From: Ruminiclostridium sp.
GTDB lineage: Bacteria > Bacillota > Clostridia > Oscillospirales > Ruminococcaceae
Reading direction: 5' to 3'
Length of the DNA stretch: 64,000 bases
NCBI GenBank assembly: GCA_045591405.1
Contig: JAZNST010000051.1
Coordinates: 15,571-79,570 of the forward strand
Made by a program: the position numbers and the translations under genes. Each line of letters begins with the position of its first letter. Position 1 is the stretch's first letter. This document shows, in pieces, positions 42,553 through 51,684 of the stretch. A model generated the notes under the pieces. The model searched no databases. It was not told the DNA's origin and saw only the letters and a program-made list of their open reading frames with translations.

Positions 42553-44273
42553 CAGACCACCTCCTTGCTCTTGTTCTGGGATTTATAGATTTCCTGATAA
42601 ACCGAGCAACGCTCAAGAAGTTCGTTGTGGGTGCCTATGTCTTTAATTGTACCGTTTTCGATTATTGCTATTTTATCTGCGTTCATAACGCTTGCAATAC
42701 GCTGAGCGATTATAATAAATGTTGTTTCTCCGAGATTTTCTCTGAGTGCGCTATGAAGTCTTGCTTCGGTTGCAAGGTCGAGCGCTGAGGTGCTGTCGTC
42801 AAAGATAAGAATTTCAGGCTTTCTGAGAATGGCTCTTGCAATAGACAAACGCTGTTTCTGACCGCCTGAAAGTGACGCACCCTTTTCAGTTATCATCGTA
42901 TCATAGCCGTTTATAAAGCTTGTAATGAACTCATCCGCCTGTGCAATCGTAGCGGCGGCTTTGATTTCTTCATCAGTTGCGTTTTCATTTCCCCAACGGA
43001 TATTTTCAGCGACAGTTCCCGAAAACAGCTCGCTTTTTTGAAGAACAAAGCTTATTTTACTTCTCAGCTCTTCAAGCTTATAATCCTTGACAGGAACTCC
43101 GTCCACAAGCACCTCGCCTGAAACGGCGTCATAAAAACGGGGTAAAAGATTTACAAGCGTTGATTTTCCCGAACCCGTTGCGCCGAGAATAGCAACCGTT
43201 TCCCCTTTTTTCACTTCAAGATTGATATTATGAAGAACGGGCTTTCCCGATTGTCCTGGATAGCTGAAGCTTACGTTTTTGAAGCAAACCGTTCCCTTTT
43301 CGTCGGAGGTTATTTCAGCTGTTCCGTCAGAAATAACAGAATCCTCGGTGAGTACCTCTTTTATTCTTACAGCCGAAGCTTTAGCTCTTGAAATCTGCTG
43401 GAACATATTACCTATCATCATAACAGACATAAGAATCTGAGTTACGTAGGTGATTGACGCCATAACCTCGCCGACGTTCATCTGCCTTGCTTCAACCTGA
43501 CAACCGCCGATATAGATAATTGCAATTACCGACAGGTTCATAACTATCATCAGCACAGGAGATAGGAACGCAATAAGCTTCTGTACTCTGAGGTTATTGT
43601 TCACAAGCTCGCCATTAGCCTTTTCAAAGCGTTTTATTTCATATTCCTCATTTGTGTAGGCTTTTACGACTCTTGCGCCCGAAACGTCCTCCTGAACAAC
43701 GCTGTTGACCTTGTCAAGCTTTGTCTGAACTATGGTGAAAAGCGGAGACGCCTTTTTCAGTATCAGAAAAACTGCAAAAAGCTGAACAGGAAGCGAAATA
43801 ATAAGAACTATTCCAAAGTTCACATTCGTAACGAGAACCATAATGATACCGCCGATAAATTGCATTCCCGAACGCACCACCATACGAAGCGACATCGCAA
43901 CGAAATCCTGACAAGCAGTAATATCGTTTGTCAATCGGGTAATGAGCGAGCCTGTTGTAAATTTATCAGTCTGTTGCAACGACAGCGACATAACCTTTTT
44001 GAAGGTGTCCTTTCGCAAGTCGTTTCCGAATTTCTGAGATGCGGTGATTCCGAAATAAGCGGATAAAATTCCGCCAAGGCAACCAACAAGAACAAGACTG
44101 AGCATAGTCAGCCCAGTCTTGATAATAAGTTCCATATTTGAATTCAGAATACCGTCGTCAACAATTGTTGACATCAGTTTTGGCTGGAGTAAATCCATTC
44201 CTACCTCTATAATCATAAAGATAGGCGCAAAAATTGCGATTTGCCAATACTTTTTCAGGTACTTAATAATCAT
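42552..44273 (-). CDS. ABC transporter ATP-binding/permease protein (heterodimer partner)
   Basis: GATGSGKST, LSGGQKQR and ILIFDDSTS motifs. ATG 44273 (MIIKYLKKYWQ) overlaps the marR end. The stop overlaps the downstream start by 1 nt. Confidence 0.9.
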   Translation of the reverse strand: MIIKYLKKYWQIAIFAPIFMIIEVGMDLLQPKLMSTIVDDGILNSNMELIIKTGLTMLSLVLVGCLGGILSAYFGITASQKFGNDLRKDTFKKVMSLSLQQTDKFTTGSLITRLTNDITACQDFVAMSLRMVVRSGMQFIGGIIMVLVTNVNFGIVLIISLPVQLFAVFLILKKASPLFTIVQTKLDKVNSVVQEDVSGARVVKAYTNEEYEIKRFEKANGELVNNNLRVQKLIAFLSPVLMIVMNLSVIAIIYIGGCQVEARQMNVGEVMASITYVTQILMSVMMIGNMFQQISRAKASAVRIKEVLTEDSVISDGTAEITSDEKGTVCFKNVSFSYPGQSGKPVLHNINLEVKKGETVAILGATGSGKSTLVNLLPRFYDAVSGEVLVDGVPVKDYKLEELRSKISFVLQKSELFSGTVAENIRWGNENATDEEIKAAATIAQADEFITSFINGYDTMITEKGASLSGGQKQRLSIARAILRKPEILIFDDSTSALDLATEARLHSALRENLGETTFIIIAQRIASVMNADKIAIIENGTIKDIGTHNELLERCSVYQEIYKSQNKSKEVV

Positions 44274-44724
44274 AAACCGAATAGTCTCCGTATCCACGCA
44301 GATTTGTATACATCTTATCAAGAACCGTGATAAGCTCCTTCTTTTCCTGATCGCTTACGCTCTTGAGGAATACGCGCTCTGCCTGCTTAAAGCTTTCAAC
44401 CATCTTTGCGTTGATTTCTCTACCCTTATCGGTAATGAACACTCTTGTTGCACGAGCGTCGTCCTTGTCTGTTTCTCTTGTAACAAGGCCTTCAGCTTCC
44501 ATATTTCTGAGTGTTGTGCTGACAGTGGGGGCTTTGAGCTTTGAAACTCTTACGAGGTCAAGCTGAGTAACGCCGTCCTTTGTAGCGAGAGGTCCGAGAA
44601 GATGACGGTAAGATGTCTTCATACCGTTTCTCTTCATCTCAACGCGCATGATTCCGTCAAAAATCTTTGAAAGCTCAAGGATAAGCTTGACGGGTGTTCC
44701 GATTGCATTTTTCTTTTCTGCCAT
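44263..44724 (-). CDS. MarR family transcriptional regulator
   Basis: Winged helix (TQLDLVRVSKLKAPTVSTTLRNMEAEGLVTRETDKDDARA). ATG 44724 is preceded by AGGAGG. Confidence 0.85.
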   Translation of the reverse strand: MAEKKNAIGTPVKLILELSKIFDGIMRVEMKRNGMKTSYRHLLGPLATKDGVTQLDLVRVSKLKAPTVSTTLRNMEAEGLVTRETDKDDARATRVFITDKGREINAKMVESFKQAERVFLKSVSDQEKKELITVLDKMYTNLRGYGDYSVYDY

Positions 44725-44796
44725 AATTGTTGTCCTCCTGTTTTTTGTCTGTTGTTTTTTCATTGTTCTATTTTTGTTTATCTATGTGATAATTTC

Positions 44797-44825
44797 ATTA
44801 TAATACTAAAGTTGTTGTTTGTCAA
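44797..44825 (-). promoter_or_regulatory. Consensus sigmaA promoter of the marR-ABC exporter operon
   Basis: On the minus strand, TTGACA, 17 nt, TATAAT. Confidence 0.6.
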
Positions 44826-44853
44826 GGCTTTTCACAGGTTTATCAAAAAAATA

Positions 44854-44882
44854 TTGCAAAAATTGGAATTATCTATTATAAT
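44854..44882 (+). promoter_or_regulatory. SigmaA-type promoter of tyrA
   Basis: TTGCAA, 17 nt, TATAAT, 35 nt upstream of the GTG start. Confidence 0.55.
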
Positions 44883-44917
44883 GTGAATGAATATATAAAC
44901 TGAAAGGAAAAACATCT

Positions 44918-45772
44918 GTGAATATTATTGTTGTCGGACTTGGACTTATCGGCGGTAGCTTCTGCAAATCGCTCAAGAAAAACACTTTCCATACTGTTTG
45001 GGGAATTGATAAAAACGAGGCTGTGCTCAAAAAGGCTCTCGAATGCGGCGCAATCGACGAAGCAGTGGACGAAACAAGACTGTGCGAGGCTGACCTCACT
45101 ATAATCTGCCTTTACCCAGACGCTATAAACGAATTTGTAAAGAATAACGCCGATAACTTCAAAAAAGGGAGCATCGTTACCGATTCGTGCGGCGTCAAGA
45201 AAATGATTGTTGACTTTTGCTCGCCTATTCTCAAGGAAAAAGGAGTAATCTTCGTCGGCTCTCACCCGATGGCAGGACGAGAGTTTTCAGGATTTGAATA
45301 TTCAACCGATACCCTCTTTGAAAACGCAAGCTATATAATTACACAGACTGACGACACTCCGACTATCGCAATCAATCTTCTTTCAGCTCTTGTGAGTAGC
45401 ATCGGCTTTTCCAACGCCGTTATTTCCACGCCCGAAAAGCACGACCAGGTTATCGCTTACACGTCTCAGCTTGCTCACGTTGTCTCAAACGCTTACGTAA
45501 AAAGTCCGTCGCTGCTTGACTTCAACGGATTTTCAGCAGGCTCCTTTCTCGACCTGACGCGAGTTGCAAAGCTTAACGAAAATATGTGGACAAATCTTTT
45601 TGAAGCAAACAAAGACGCTCTCTTATACGAAATCGACACGCTTCTTGATAACCTCTCAAAATACAGAAAGGCTCTGTCCGAGGGGCAGACGGAAACGCTC
45701 AGAACGCTTCTCAAGGACGGACGAGAGCTTAAAGAAAAATCACTCGAAATTTACAACAAGGACAAATCATGA
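44918..45772 (+). CDS. tyrA: Prephenate dehydrogenase
   Basis: GTG start with GAAAGGAAA upstream. Rossmann VVGLGLIGGS and GSHPMAG motifs. Confidence 0.85.
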   Translation: MNIIVVGLGLIGGSFCKSLKKNTFHTVWGIDKNEAVLKKALECGAIDEAVDETRLCEADLTIICLYPDAINEFVKNNADNFKKGSIVTDSCGVKKMIVDFCSPILKEKGVIFVGSHPMAGREFSGFEYSTDTLFENASYIITQTDDTPTIAINLLSALVSSIGFSNAVISTPEKHDQVIAYTSQLAHVVSNAYVKSPSLLDFNGFSAGSFLDLTRVAKLNENMWTNLFEANKDALLYEIDTLLDNLSKYRKALSEGQTETLRTLLKDGRELKEKSLEIYNKDKS

Positions 45773-46314
45773 AAAGAAATACGGCAAAGCTCAGCTACAA
45801 TATCGCATATTGCGGAATAACCATATCGCTTGGTCTTGTGATAATGCTTATGGCGATGATTCCTGCAATGACCTACGTCGTTCCCGCAGTTTCGGGAATA
45901 ATTATCTGGACGATAAGCGAACAAATCAATAAGAAATGGGCGATCCTTGCGTACGTTGCTGCTTCCCTGCTCATTTTTATGATAATCCCTGAGCTTGAAT
46001 CAAAGGTTTACTTTATTCTGTTTTTCGGTTATTATCCCGTAATCAGGGATATTTTTGAAAAAAAGGTCCCAAAGCTTGTTGCATATCTTCTTAAATTTGC
46101 TGTTTTCAATGCGGCGGTTGTCATTGCATATAACATAGTAGCCCCGATAATAGGAGCCGATAAAATTCTTGACGGGCTTGAGTTTTTAGGAGATATGGCG
46201 GTATGGGGCTTTCTCGGTATGGCGAATATAGCGTTCTTTTGCTATGAAATATGCCTTGGGACTATTGTGTTTGCATTCAGAAAATGGCTTAAACCAAGGC
46301 TCAAAAGAAAATAA
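45769..46314 (+). CDS. Hypothetical integral membrane protein (about 5 TM segments)
   Basis: 181 aa, hydrophobic. The start overlaps the tyrA stop (ATGA). No family recognised. Confidence 0.6.
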   Translation: MKRNTAKLSYNIAYCGITISLGLVIMLMAMIPAMTYVVPAVSGIIIWTISEQINKKWAILAYVAASLLIFMIIPELESKVYFILFFGYYPVIRDIFEKKVPKLVAYLLKFAVFNAAVVIAYNIVAPIIGADKILDGLEFLGDMAVWGFLGMANIAFFCYEICLGTIVFAFRKWLKPRLKRK

Positions 46315-46318
46315 AGAA

Positions 46319-46350
46319 AAGAGGCTGATTTAGTTTCAGCCTCTTATTTT
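46319..46350. terminator. Bidirectional intrinsic terminator (tyrA operon / proS)
   Basis: GAGGCTGA/TCAGCCTC hairpin with T-runs on both strands. Confidence 0.7.
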
Positions 46351-46352
46351 TA

Positions 46353-47789
46353 TCAATAAGCCTTACCCCAATAAAGCATCTTCGTTGCAGGCTTTCCACA
46401 GCAAACGCATTTATCGGAAATCTGCTTCTGCTCAAACGGAATACATCTTGAACCAACGCCCGTCTTTTCTTTAAGAGCGTCCTCGCACGCCTCGTCGCCG
46501 CACCACATTGCACGAACGAAGCCGTCGCCGTTCTTTTCGAGAGTTTCGATAATCTGTTCTGCGCTTGTGCAGTCGTAGGTGCGTCTTTCCATGTTGTCGT
46601 AGGCGATTTTATAGAGATTGTCGCCAAGAGCCTTGAGAAGCTCATTAACACGCTGTTCAAGCTCGTCAAGCGGAACGAACGTCTTTTCACGGTTGTCTCT
46701 GCGGACGATTACGCACTGGTTATTTTCGATATCCTTAGGACCTATTTCAAGACGAAGCGGAACGCCCTTCATCTCGTATTCTGCGAACTTCCAGCCTGCG
46801 CTGTTGTCGCTGTCGTCGAGCTTAACTCTAAAGCTTCCCTTGAGGCGTTCCTTAAGCTCGTTAGCTTTTTCAAGAACGCCCTCCTTCTGCTGTGCAACAG
46901 GAATGATAACAATCTGAATAGGTGCAACTGCAGGAGGAAGAACAAGTCCGTTATCATCGCCGTGAGACATAATTATGCCGCCGATAAGACGGGTAGAAAC
47001 GCCCCACGAGGTCTCGTGAACGTATTCGAGCTTATTTTCCTTACTTGTATAGGTAATATCAAACGCCTTGGCAAAGCCGTCTCCGAAATAGTGAGAGGTG
47101 CCGGCCTGAAGAGCCTTTCCGTCGTGCATAAGAGCTTCTATGCAATAAGTGGCTTCAGCGCCTGCAAACTTGTCGCTATCGGTTTTTCTTCCCTTTACAA
47201 CAGGCATATTTAGATCTTTTTCGCAAAAATCAGCGTAGATGTTAAGCATCTGCTCAGTTTCGTCAATAGCCTCCTGAGCAGTAGCGTGAATTGTGTGTCC
47301 TTCCTGCCAGAGAAATTCTCTTGAACGAAGGAAAGGTCTTGTCGTTTTTTCCCAACGAACAACAGAGCACCACTGATTGTAAAGCTTTGGTAAATCTCTG
47401 TGTGACTGAACAATATTTGAATAATGCTCACAGAAAAGAGTCTCTGAAGTCGGTCTTACGCAAAGTCTTTCAGTAAGCTTTTCAGAACCGCCGTGAGTTA
47501 CCCACGCAACCTCAGGCGCAAAGCCCTCAACGTGTTCCTTTTCCTTATTCAGAAGGCTTTCGGGAATAAACATCGGCATATATACGTTTTCGTGTCCCGT
47601 TTCCTTAAAGCGTGCGTCGAGAAGCTTTTGGATATTTTCCCAGATTGCATAGCCGTAAGGTCGGATTATCATACAGCCCTTAACGCTTGAGTAGTCAATA
47701 AGGTCTGCTTTTTTAACAATATCGGTGTACCACTTTGCAAAATCCTCGTCTCTTGAGGTAATTGCCTCTACCATCTTTTTGTCTGCCAT
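46353..47789 (-). CDS. proS: Proline--tRNA ligase (archaeal/eukaryote-like type)
   Basis: [25 protein letters not shown]... with class II motifs and C-terminal CVCCGKPA...YWGKAY. ATG 47789 has GGAAGGAAA upstream. Confidence 0.95.
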   Translation of the reverse strand: MADKKMVEAITSRDEDFAKWYTDIVKKADLIDYSSVKGCMIIRPYGYAIWENIQKLLDARFKETGHENVYMPMFIPESLLNKEKEHVEGFAPEVAWVTHGGSEKLTERLCVRPTSETLFCEHYSNIVQSHRDLPKLYNQWCSVVRWEKTTRPFLRSREFLWQEGHTIHATAQEAIDETEQMLNIYADFCEKDLNMPVVKGRKTDSDKFAGAEATYCIEALMHDGKALQAGTSHYFGDGFAKAFDITYTSKENKLEYVHETSWGVSTRLIGGIIMSHGDDNGLVLPPAVAPIQIVIIPVAQQKEGVLEKANELKERLKGSFRVKLDDSDNSAGWKFAEYEMKGVPLRLEIGPKDIENNQCVIVRRDNREKTFVPLDELEQRVNELLKALGDNLYKIAYDNMERRTYDCTSAEQIIETLEKNGDGFVRAMWCGDEACEDALKEKTGVGSRCIPFEQKQISDKCVCCGKPATKMLYWGKAY

Positions 47790-47965
47790 TTCATTTTTCC
47801 TTCCTAGCTTGAAATTATCTCCCTTTATTATATAGCATCTCTGATCTTTTTGCAAGATTTTTCAGAGTTTTTGTGAAATATTTTACAAAAGCTATTTCAA
47901 AAATCAAGAACTTATGCTATAATGTATAAGTATTGATAATTATCTGCCGAGTGAGGTAAGTACAA

Positions 47966-48835
47966 ATGGCTTTTGAAACAATAAAAGGGCAAAAAGTTTA
48001 CAGTAGCGCAACAGGTCGCACCTTTATCTTTTCAGACTATTTTACCGTGTTTTTTAATGATAACACAATTCCTGAAATCTACAAATGGTCTGACATAAGA
48101 CAGATTACGGAAAAACCCGGTAGCTTCACGGTGTTCACATCCGACGATGAATATGAAATCCCCGCTGACGCCTTTAGCTCAGACGAGCAGTTTCTTGCAG
48201 TAAGAGCTATTATCGAGGGACAGATTTCAGAATATCCGTCAATCAAGTATAAATCTACACGGCGCATACTGCCTCTCAAATATCTTTACAAGTCAGCTTA
48301 CATAAACGATAACGCATATTTTATGAAGGGCTTTTATTCTGAAAAGGACATTAATTCATGTAATATTTCGCTGACAAGCACAAAATACAACAGATTTATC
48401 GTGCTTGGCTGTGTTCTGATTGCAATTATCATCTTTTCAATTCTCTGCGCCAATAATCACCGTGGGCAGACGAACTGGCTTTTCTTTATTCCTATCGCCC
48501 TTTTTTCCGCTACAATCGTGGGAATCGTTTCATATCTTGTGCTTGCTGTTTACGCAAGAACAAAATACCTCAGGCTTCAGAAATCTGACCCTGCTACCTC
48601 TCAGGAAATAACAATAGCTCTGACTCCCGAAGGCTTTTGTGCAGTCGAAAGCATAAATTATACAGGCTGTGATCTTATACCCTGGGGTGAAGCGAGCTTT
48701 TTCATTGAGACTCACGCGGGGCTCGTCATAATAAGAGACAACAAATCGGTATTCTGGCTCCCAAGAAGCTTTATTCCAAAGGAAGAGCAGACGGCAATTC
48801 TTTCGCTCATAACAGCGAACGTAAAACAAAGATAA
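47966..48835 (+). CDS. Membrane protein with two YcxB/bPH-like domains flanking two TM helices
   Basis: 289 aa. Central TM pair (FIVLGCVLIAIIIFSILCA, WLFFIPIALFSATIVGIVSYLVLAV). C-terminal IPWGEASFFIETHAGLVIIRDNKSVFWLPRSF pattern typical of YcxB-like domains. Confidence 0.55.
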   Translation: MAFETIKGQKVYSSATGRTFIFSDYFTVFFNDNTIPEIYKWSDIRQITEKPGSFTVFTSDDEYEIPADAFSSDEQFLAVRAIIEGQISEYPSIKYKSTRRILPLKYLYKSAYINDNAYFMKGFYSEKDINSCNISLTSTKYNRFIVLGCVLIAIIIFSILCANNHRGQTNWLFFIPIALFSATIVGIVSYLVLAVYARTKYLRLQKSDPATSQEITIALTPEGFCAVESINYTGCDLIPWGEASFFIETHAGLVIIRDNKSVFWLPRSFIPKEEQTAILSLITANVKQR

Positions 48836-48854
48836 ATCTGAAAGGAAATTCCGA

Positions 48855-50330
48855 ATGAAATCACTTGTTCTCACCGAAAGTCTGGTGCTTGATAACAAAG
48901 AAATCCATCTCGTGAGCGTTACAGGAAGCACGGGAGGCCTTGGAATCTGCGATACCACGCGCGACAAGCGCCAAGGAAAGAGAGAAACCTTTTTTGTCGG
49001 TTCAGAAGCGATATTGAACATCCTTCAGAAAAGCTATAAGGATGATTATTCAAATAAAATTATATGGCAGGTAAGCTCAACTGAAAAATGCGGAGATTTT
49101 CAGTCTAAAATCCAGCTTATGTGCGACGATTATTTTATCAAGAGTAAGCCTATGCTCGCTTCGGTTATGCCGTTGCTCAATATTCTCAAAAACGGAGTTT
49201 ATGCAGTTTATGAAAACGACCTGATACAAACTGACGGTTCAAGTAATTTTTTCTGGAACTCCTACCTCGTAGGTCACGAGTTTGTCGGCTCAGGAACATA
49301 CAGTAGCACCTGCGGAAAGCAACACAACTTGCCTCCCTGCTTCCTTATCCCGACAGATAATCTTCAGGCTTATTCTGAGGTGATGATAAGAAACGAGGAT
49401 AAAAGATACGCCGCAGGAGGCGAAACGGGAGGTATTGCCTTTCACATTTCAGGACTGTTCTGCGCTCTGCTCAGTAACCATAACGCCGCAACCTCAGCCC
49501 TAATACGAGGTCAGAAGCTCAAGTGCATAGTTATCGAGCCAATCAGAAACATTATGTTCAAGGAGGAATTTGAACAGCCCGGTGAAACAACCGCAGGAAA
49601 CAGCAAAATGCCGTACTACGAGGTTGACTGTCTTTATACTCACCCGTTAAAAATCCCTGTTACAAACGTTTCTTCTCCTATTCTTGAAAATTTCTTTACA
49701 ACAAGATACACAGATATTCCTCAGAGCTTTAATACTATAAGACAAAGCTCTGAAAGAACTACCAAGCTCAAAAACAAACGTGCAATACCAAGACCCATCC
49801 TTGATAAGTGCGAGGCAATGCCCGACGCTGAAATGATACAGTCAGCGGCAATCATTGACGAGCTTTCAGACCTTGAGCTTCAGGCGCTTCTTGAGGGCAA
49901 AACAGAGCTTAACGAAAAGATTATCATAAGCAAAAACTACTACTCAAGCGTTGTAAACGCCCTCAACTATCTTCAGTACAAGAATTATAACAGCTTTATT
50001 TCTTTTGCAACGGCAATTCTTAAAAACGAGGACCTCACCGCCGTTCACCTTTATGTTGCAAACAGGCTTCAGAGCGTTATGAACGAGGAGGTTTTTGCAA
50101 CCTTCAATGAAATTTTCCTTAGCGAAAGCCCTGTTTACGCTCCGCTTTCGTCGCTTGCCGAAAAATATAAGAAGCACTATACGGCTCATCTTGACAGAAT
50201 GAAAAGAGAGCGTGAGAGTGATTCTCTCGAAGAAGAAAACGCAAATGCCGCCGTGCCTGTCTTCAGACGCAACACCGAACAGGAAATCAATGCTCTTGAT
50301 ATGGCGAAAAAGCTCAACTTCAAGAAATAA
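48855..50330 (+). CDS. Hypothetical protein, 491 aa, no family recognised
   Basis: Long ORF 19 nt after the upstream gene, with a GAAAGGAAA SD, followed by a hairpin. No motif I can assign. Confidence 0.6.
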   Translation: MKSLVLTESLVLDNKEIHLVSVTGSTGGLGICDTTRDKRQGKRETFFVGSEAILNILQKSYKDDYSNKIIWQVSSTEKCGDFQSKIQLMCDDYFIKSKPMLASVMPLLNILKNGVYAVYENDLIQTDGSSNFFWNSYLVGHEFVGSGTYSSTCGKQHNLPPCFLIPTDNLQAYSEVMIRNEDKRYAAGGETGGIAFHISGLFCALLSNHNAATSALIRGQKLKCIVIEPIRNIMFKEEFEQPGETTAGNSKMPYYEVDCLYTHPLKIPVTNVSSPILENFFTTRYTDIPQSFNTIRQSSERTTKLKNKRAIPRPILDKCEAMPDAEMIQSAAIIDELSDLELQALLEGKTELNEKIIISKNYYSSVVNALNYLQYKNYNSFISFATAILKNEDLTAVHLYVANRLQSVMNEEVFATFNEIFLSESPVYAPLSSLAEKYKKHYTAHLDRMKRERESDSLEEENANAAVPVFRRNTEQEINALDMAKKLNFKK

Positions 50331-50334
50331 AAAA

Positions 50335-50360
50335 ATCCACCACAGAAACCTGTGGTGGAT
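50335..50360. terminator. Hairpin terminator shared by the convergent 491-aa gene and ackA
   Basis: ATCCACCACAG/CTGTGGTGGAT 11-bp stem. The T-run is on the minus-strand (ackA) side. Confidence 0.7.
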
Positions 50361-50374
50361 AAATTATCATCAAA

Positions 50375-51577
50375 TTAAAGACCGAAAAGTTCTTTTGTAT
50401 CTCTTGCAATAAGAAGCTCTTCGTTTGTGGGAACAACCCAGACCTCAACCTTACTGTCGGGTGTTGAAATCTTTGTGAGCTTACCCTTGATTGTAGCGTT
50501 GAGAGCTTCGTCAATCTTGATTCCGAAGAATTCCATATCAGCGCAGACGTCCTTACGAACTGCGGGAGCGTTTTCGCCGATACCGCCTGTAAAGATTACA
50601 GCGTCAAGTCCATTCATAGCGGCAGCGTAAGCACCGATATACTTCTTGATTCCGTATCTGAGAATTTCGCCTGCGAGAAGAGCTCTTTCGTCGCCCTTTT
50701 CAGCAGCGGCTTCGATATCTCTGTTATCGCTTGAAATTCCAGAAACACCAAGGAAGCCGGACTTCTTATTGAGATAATCACTCATCTGAGAAGGAGTAAG
50801 ACCAAGCTTATTCTGAACGAAGGTTACTGCAGAAGCGTCAACACAGCCGCTTCTTGTTCCCATAATAACACCGTCAAGAGGTGTGAAGCCCATTGAAGTA
50901 TCAACCGACTTACCGCCGTCAACAGCTGTAATGGAAGAACCGTTACCAAGGTGGCAAGAAACGATCTTAAGATCCTTAATGTCCTTACCCATTGCCTGAG
51001 CAAGAGCAGCAGAAACGAATCTGTGAGACGTTCCGTGGAAGCCGTACTTTCTTACGTGATACTTTTCATAGCACTCGTAAGGAAGACCGAACATATAAGC
51101 CTTTGCGGGCATTGTCTGATGGAAAGCTGTATCAAATACAACCGCCATAGGTACATTTTCGGGAATAACCTTCTGGCACGCTCTGAGAGCAAGTGCGTGA
51201 GGGTGGTTATGTACAGGAGCAAGCTCAGACATATCGTCAATCTTCTGAATAACCTCATCGGTTACAACGGTTGTTCTATCGAACACCTCAGCGCCCTGGA
51301 CAATTCTGTGACCTACTGCGCTGATTTCGTCCATGCTCTTGATTACAGCGGCGTTGCCTGTTGTCATAACCTCAACAACCTTTTCAAACGCTTCTGTGTG
51401 AGTCGGGAAATCGCAATCAATAGCCGCTTCTCTTCCGTCGAAGGTCTTGTGAGTAATTTTTCCGTTCTCCATTCCGATTCGCTCACAGTTGCCCTTTGCA
51501 ATTACGCTTTCATCGTCCATATCAATAAGCTGATATTTGAGCGATGAGCTTCCCGCATTGATAACAAGAATTTTCAT
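50375..51577 (-). CDS. ackA: Acetate kinase
   Basis: MKILVINAGSSSLKYQL and GFHGTSH motifs, 400 aa. Confidence 0.95.
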   Translation of the reverse strand: MKILVINAGSSSLKYQLIDMDDESVIAKGNCERIGMENGKITHKTFDGREAAIDCDFPTHTEAFEKVVEVMTTGNAAVIKSMDEISAVGHRIVQGAEVFDRTTVVTDEVIQKIDDMSELAPVHNHPHALALRACQKVIPENVPMAVVFDTAFHQTMPAKAYMFGLPYECYEKYHVRKYGFHGTSHRFVSAALAQAMGKDIKDLKIVSCHLGNGSSITAVDGGKSVDTSMGFTPLDGVIMGTRSGCVDASAVTFVQNKLGLTPSQMSDYLNKKSGFLGVSGISSDNRDIEAAAEKGDERALLAGEILRYGIKKYIGAYAAAMNGLDAVIFTGGIGENAPAVRKDVCADMEFFGIKIDEALNATIKGKLTKISTPDSKVEVWVVPTNEELLIARDTKELFGL

Positions 51578-51684
51578 TTTTCTCTTTTCCTTTCATTTTT
51601 GTAATATCTAACCTATATATTCTATATCAAATACTGTAAAAAATCAAGTCATTTTGCAGAAAAAATAACAAACGAGGTATTTTT

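Noticed and set aside
47790-47965. T-box leader upstream of proS, which is common for aminoacyl-tRNA synthetase genes in Firmicutes.
   Set aside because: The whole divergent intergenic region is only 176 nt. A promoter (TTGCAA, 17 nt, TATAAT on the minus strand) lies about 35 nt from the start codon. No terminator/antiterminator or T-box motif is visible.
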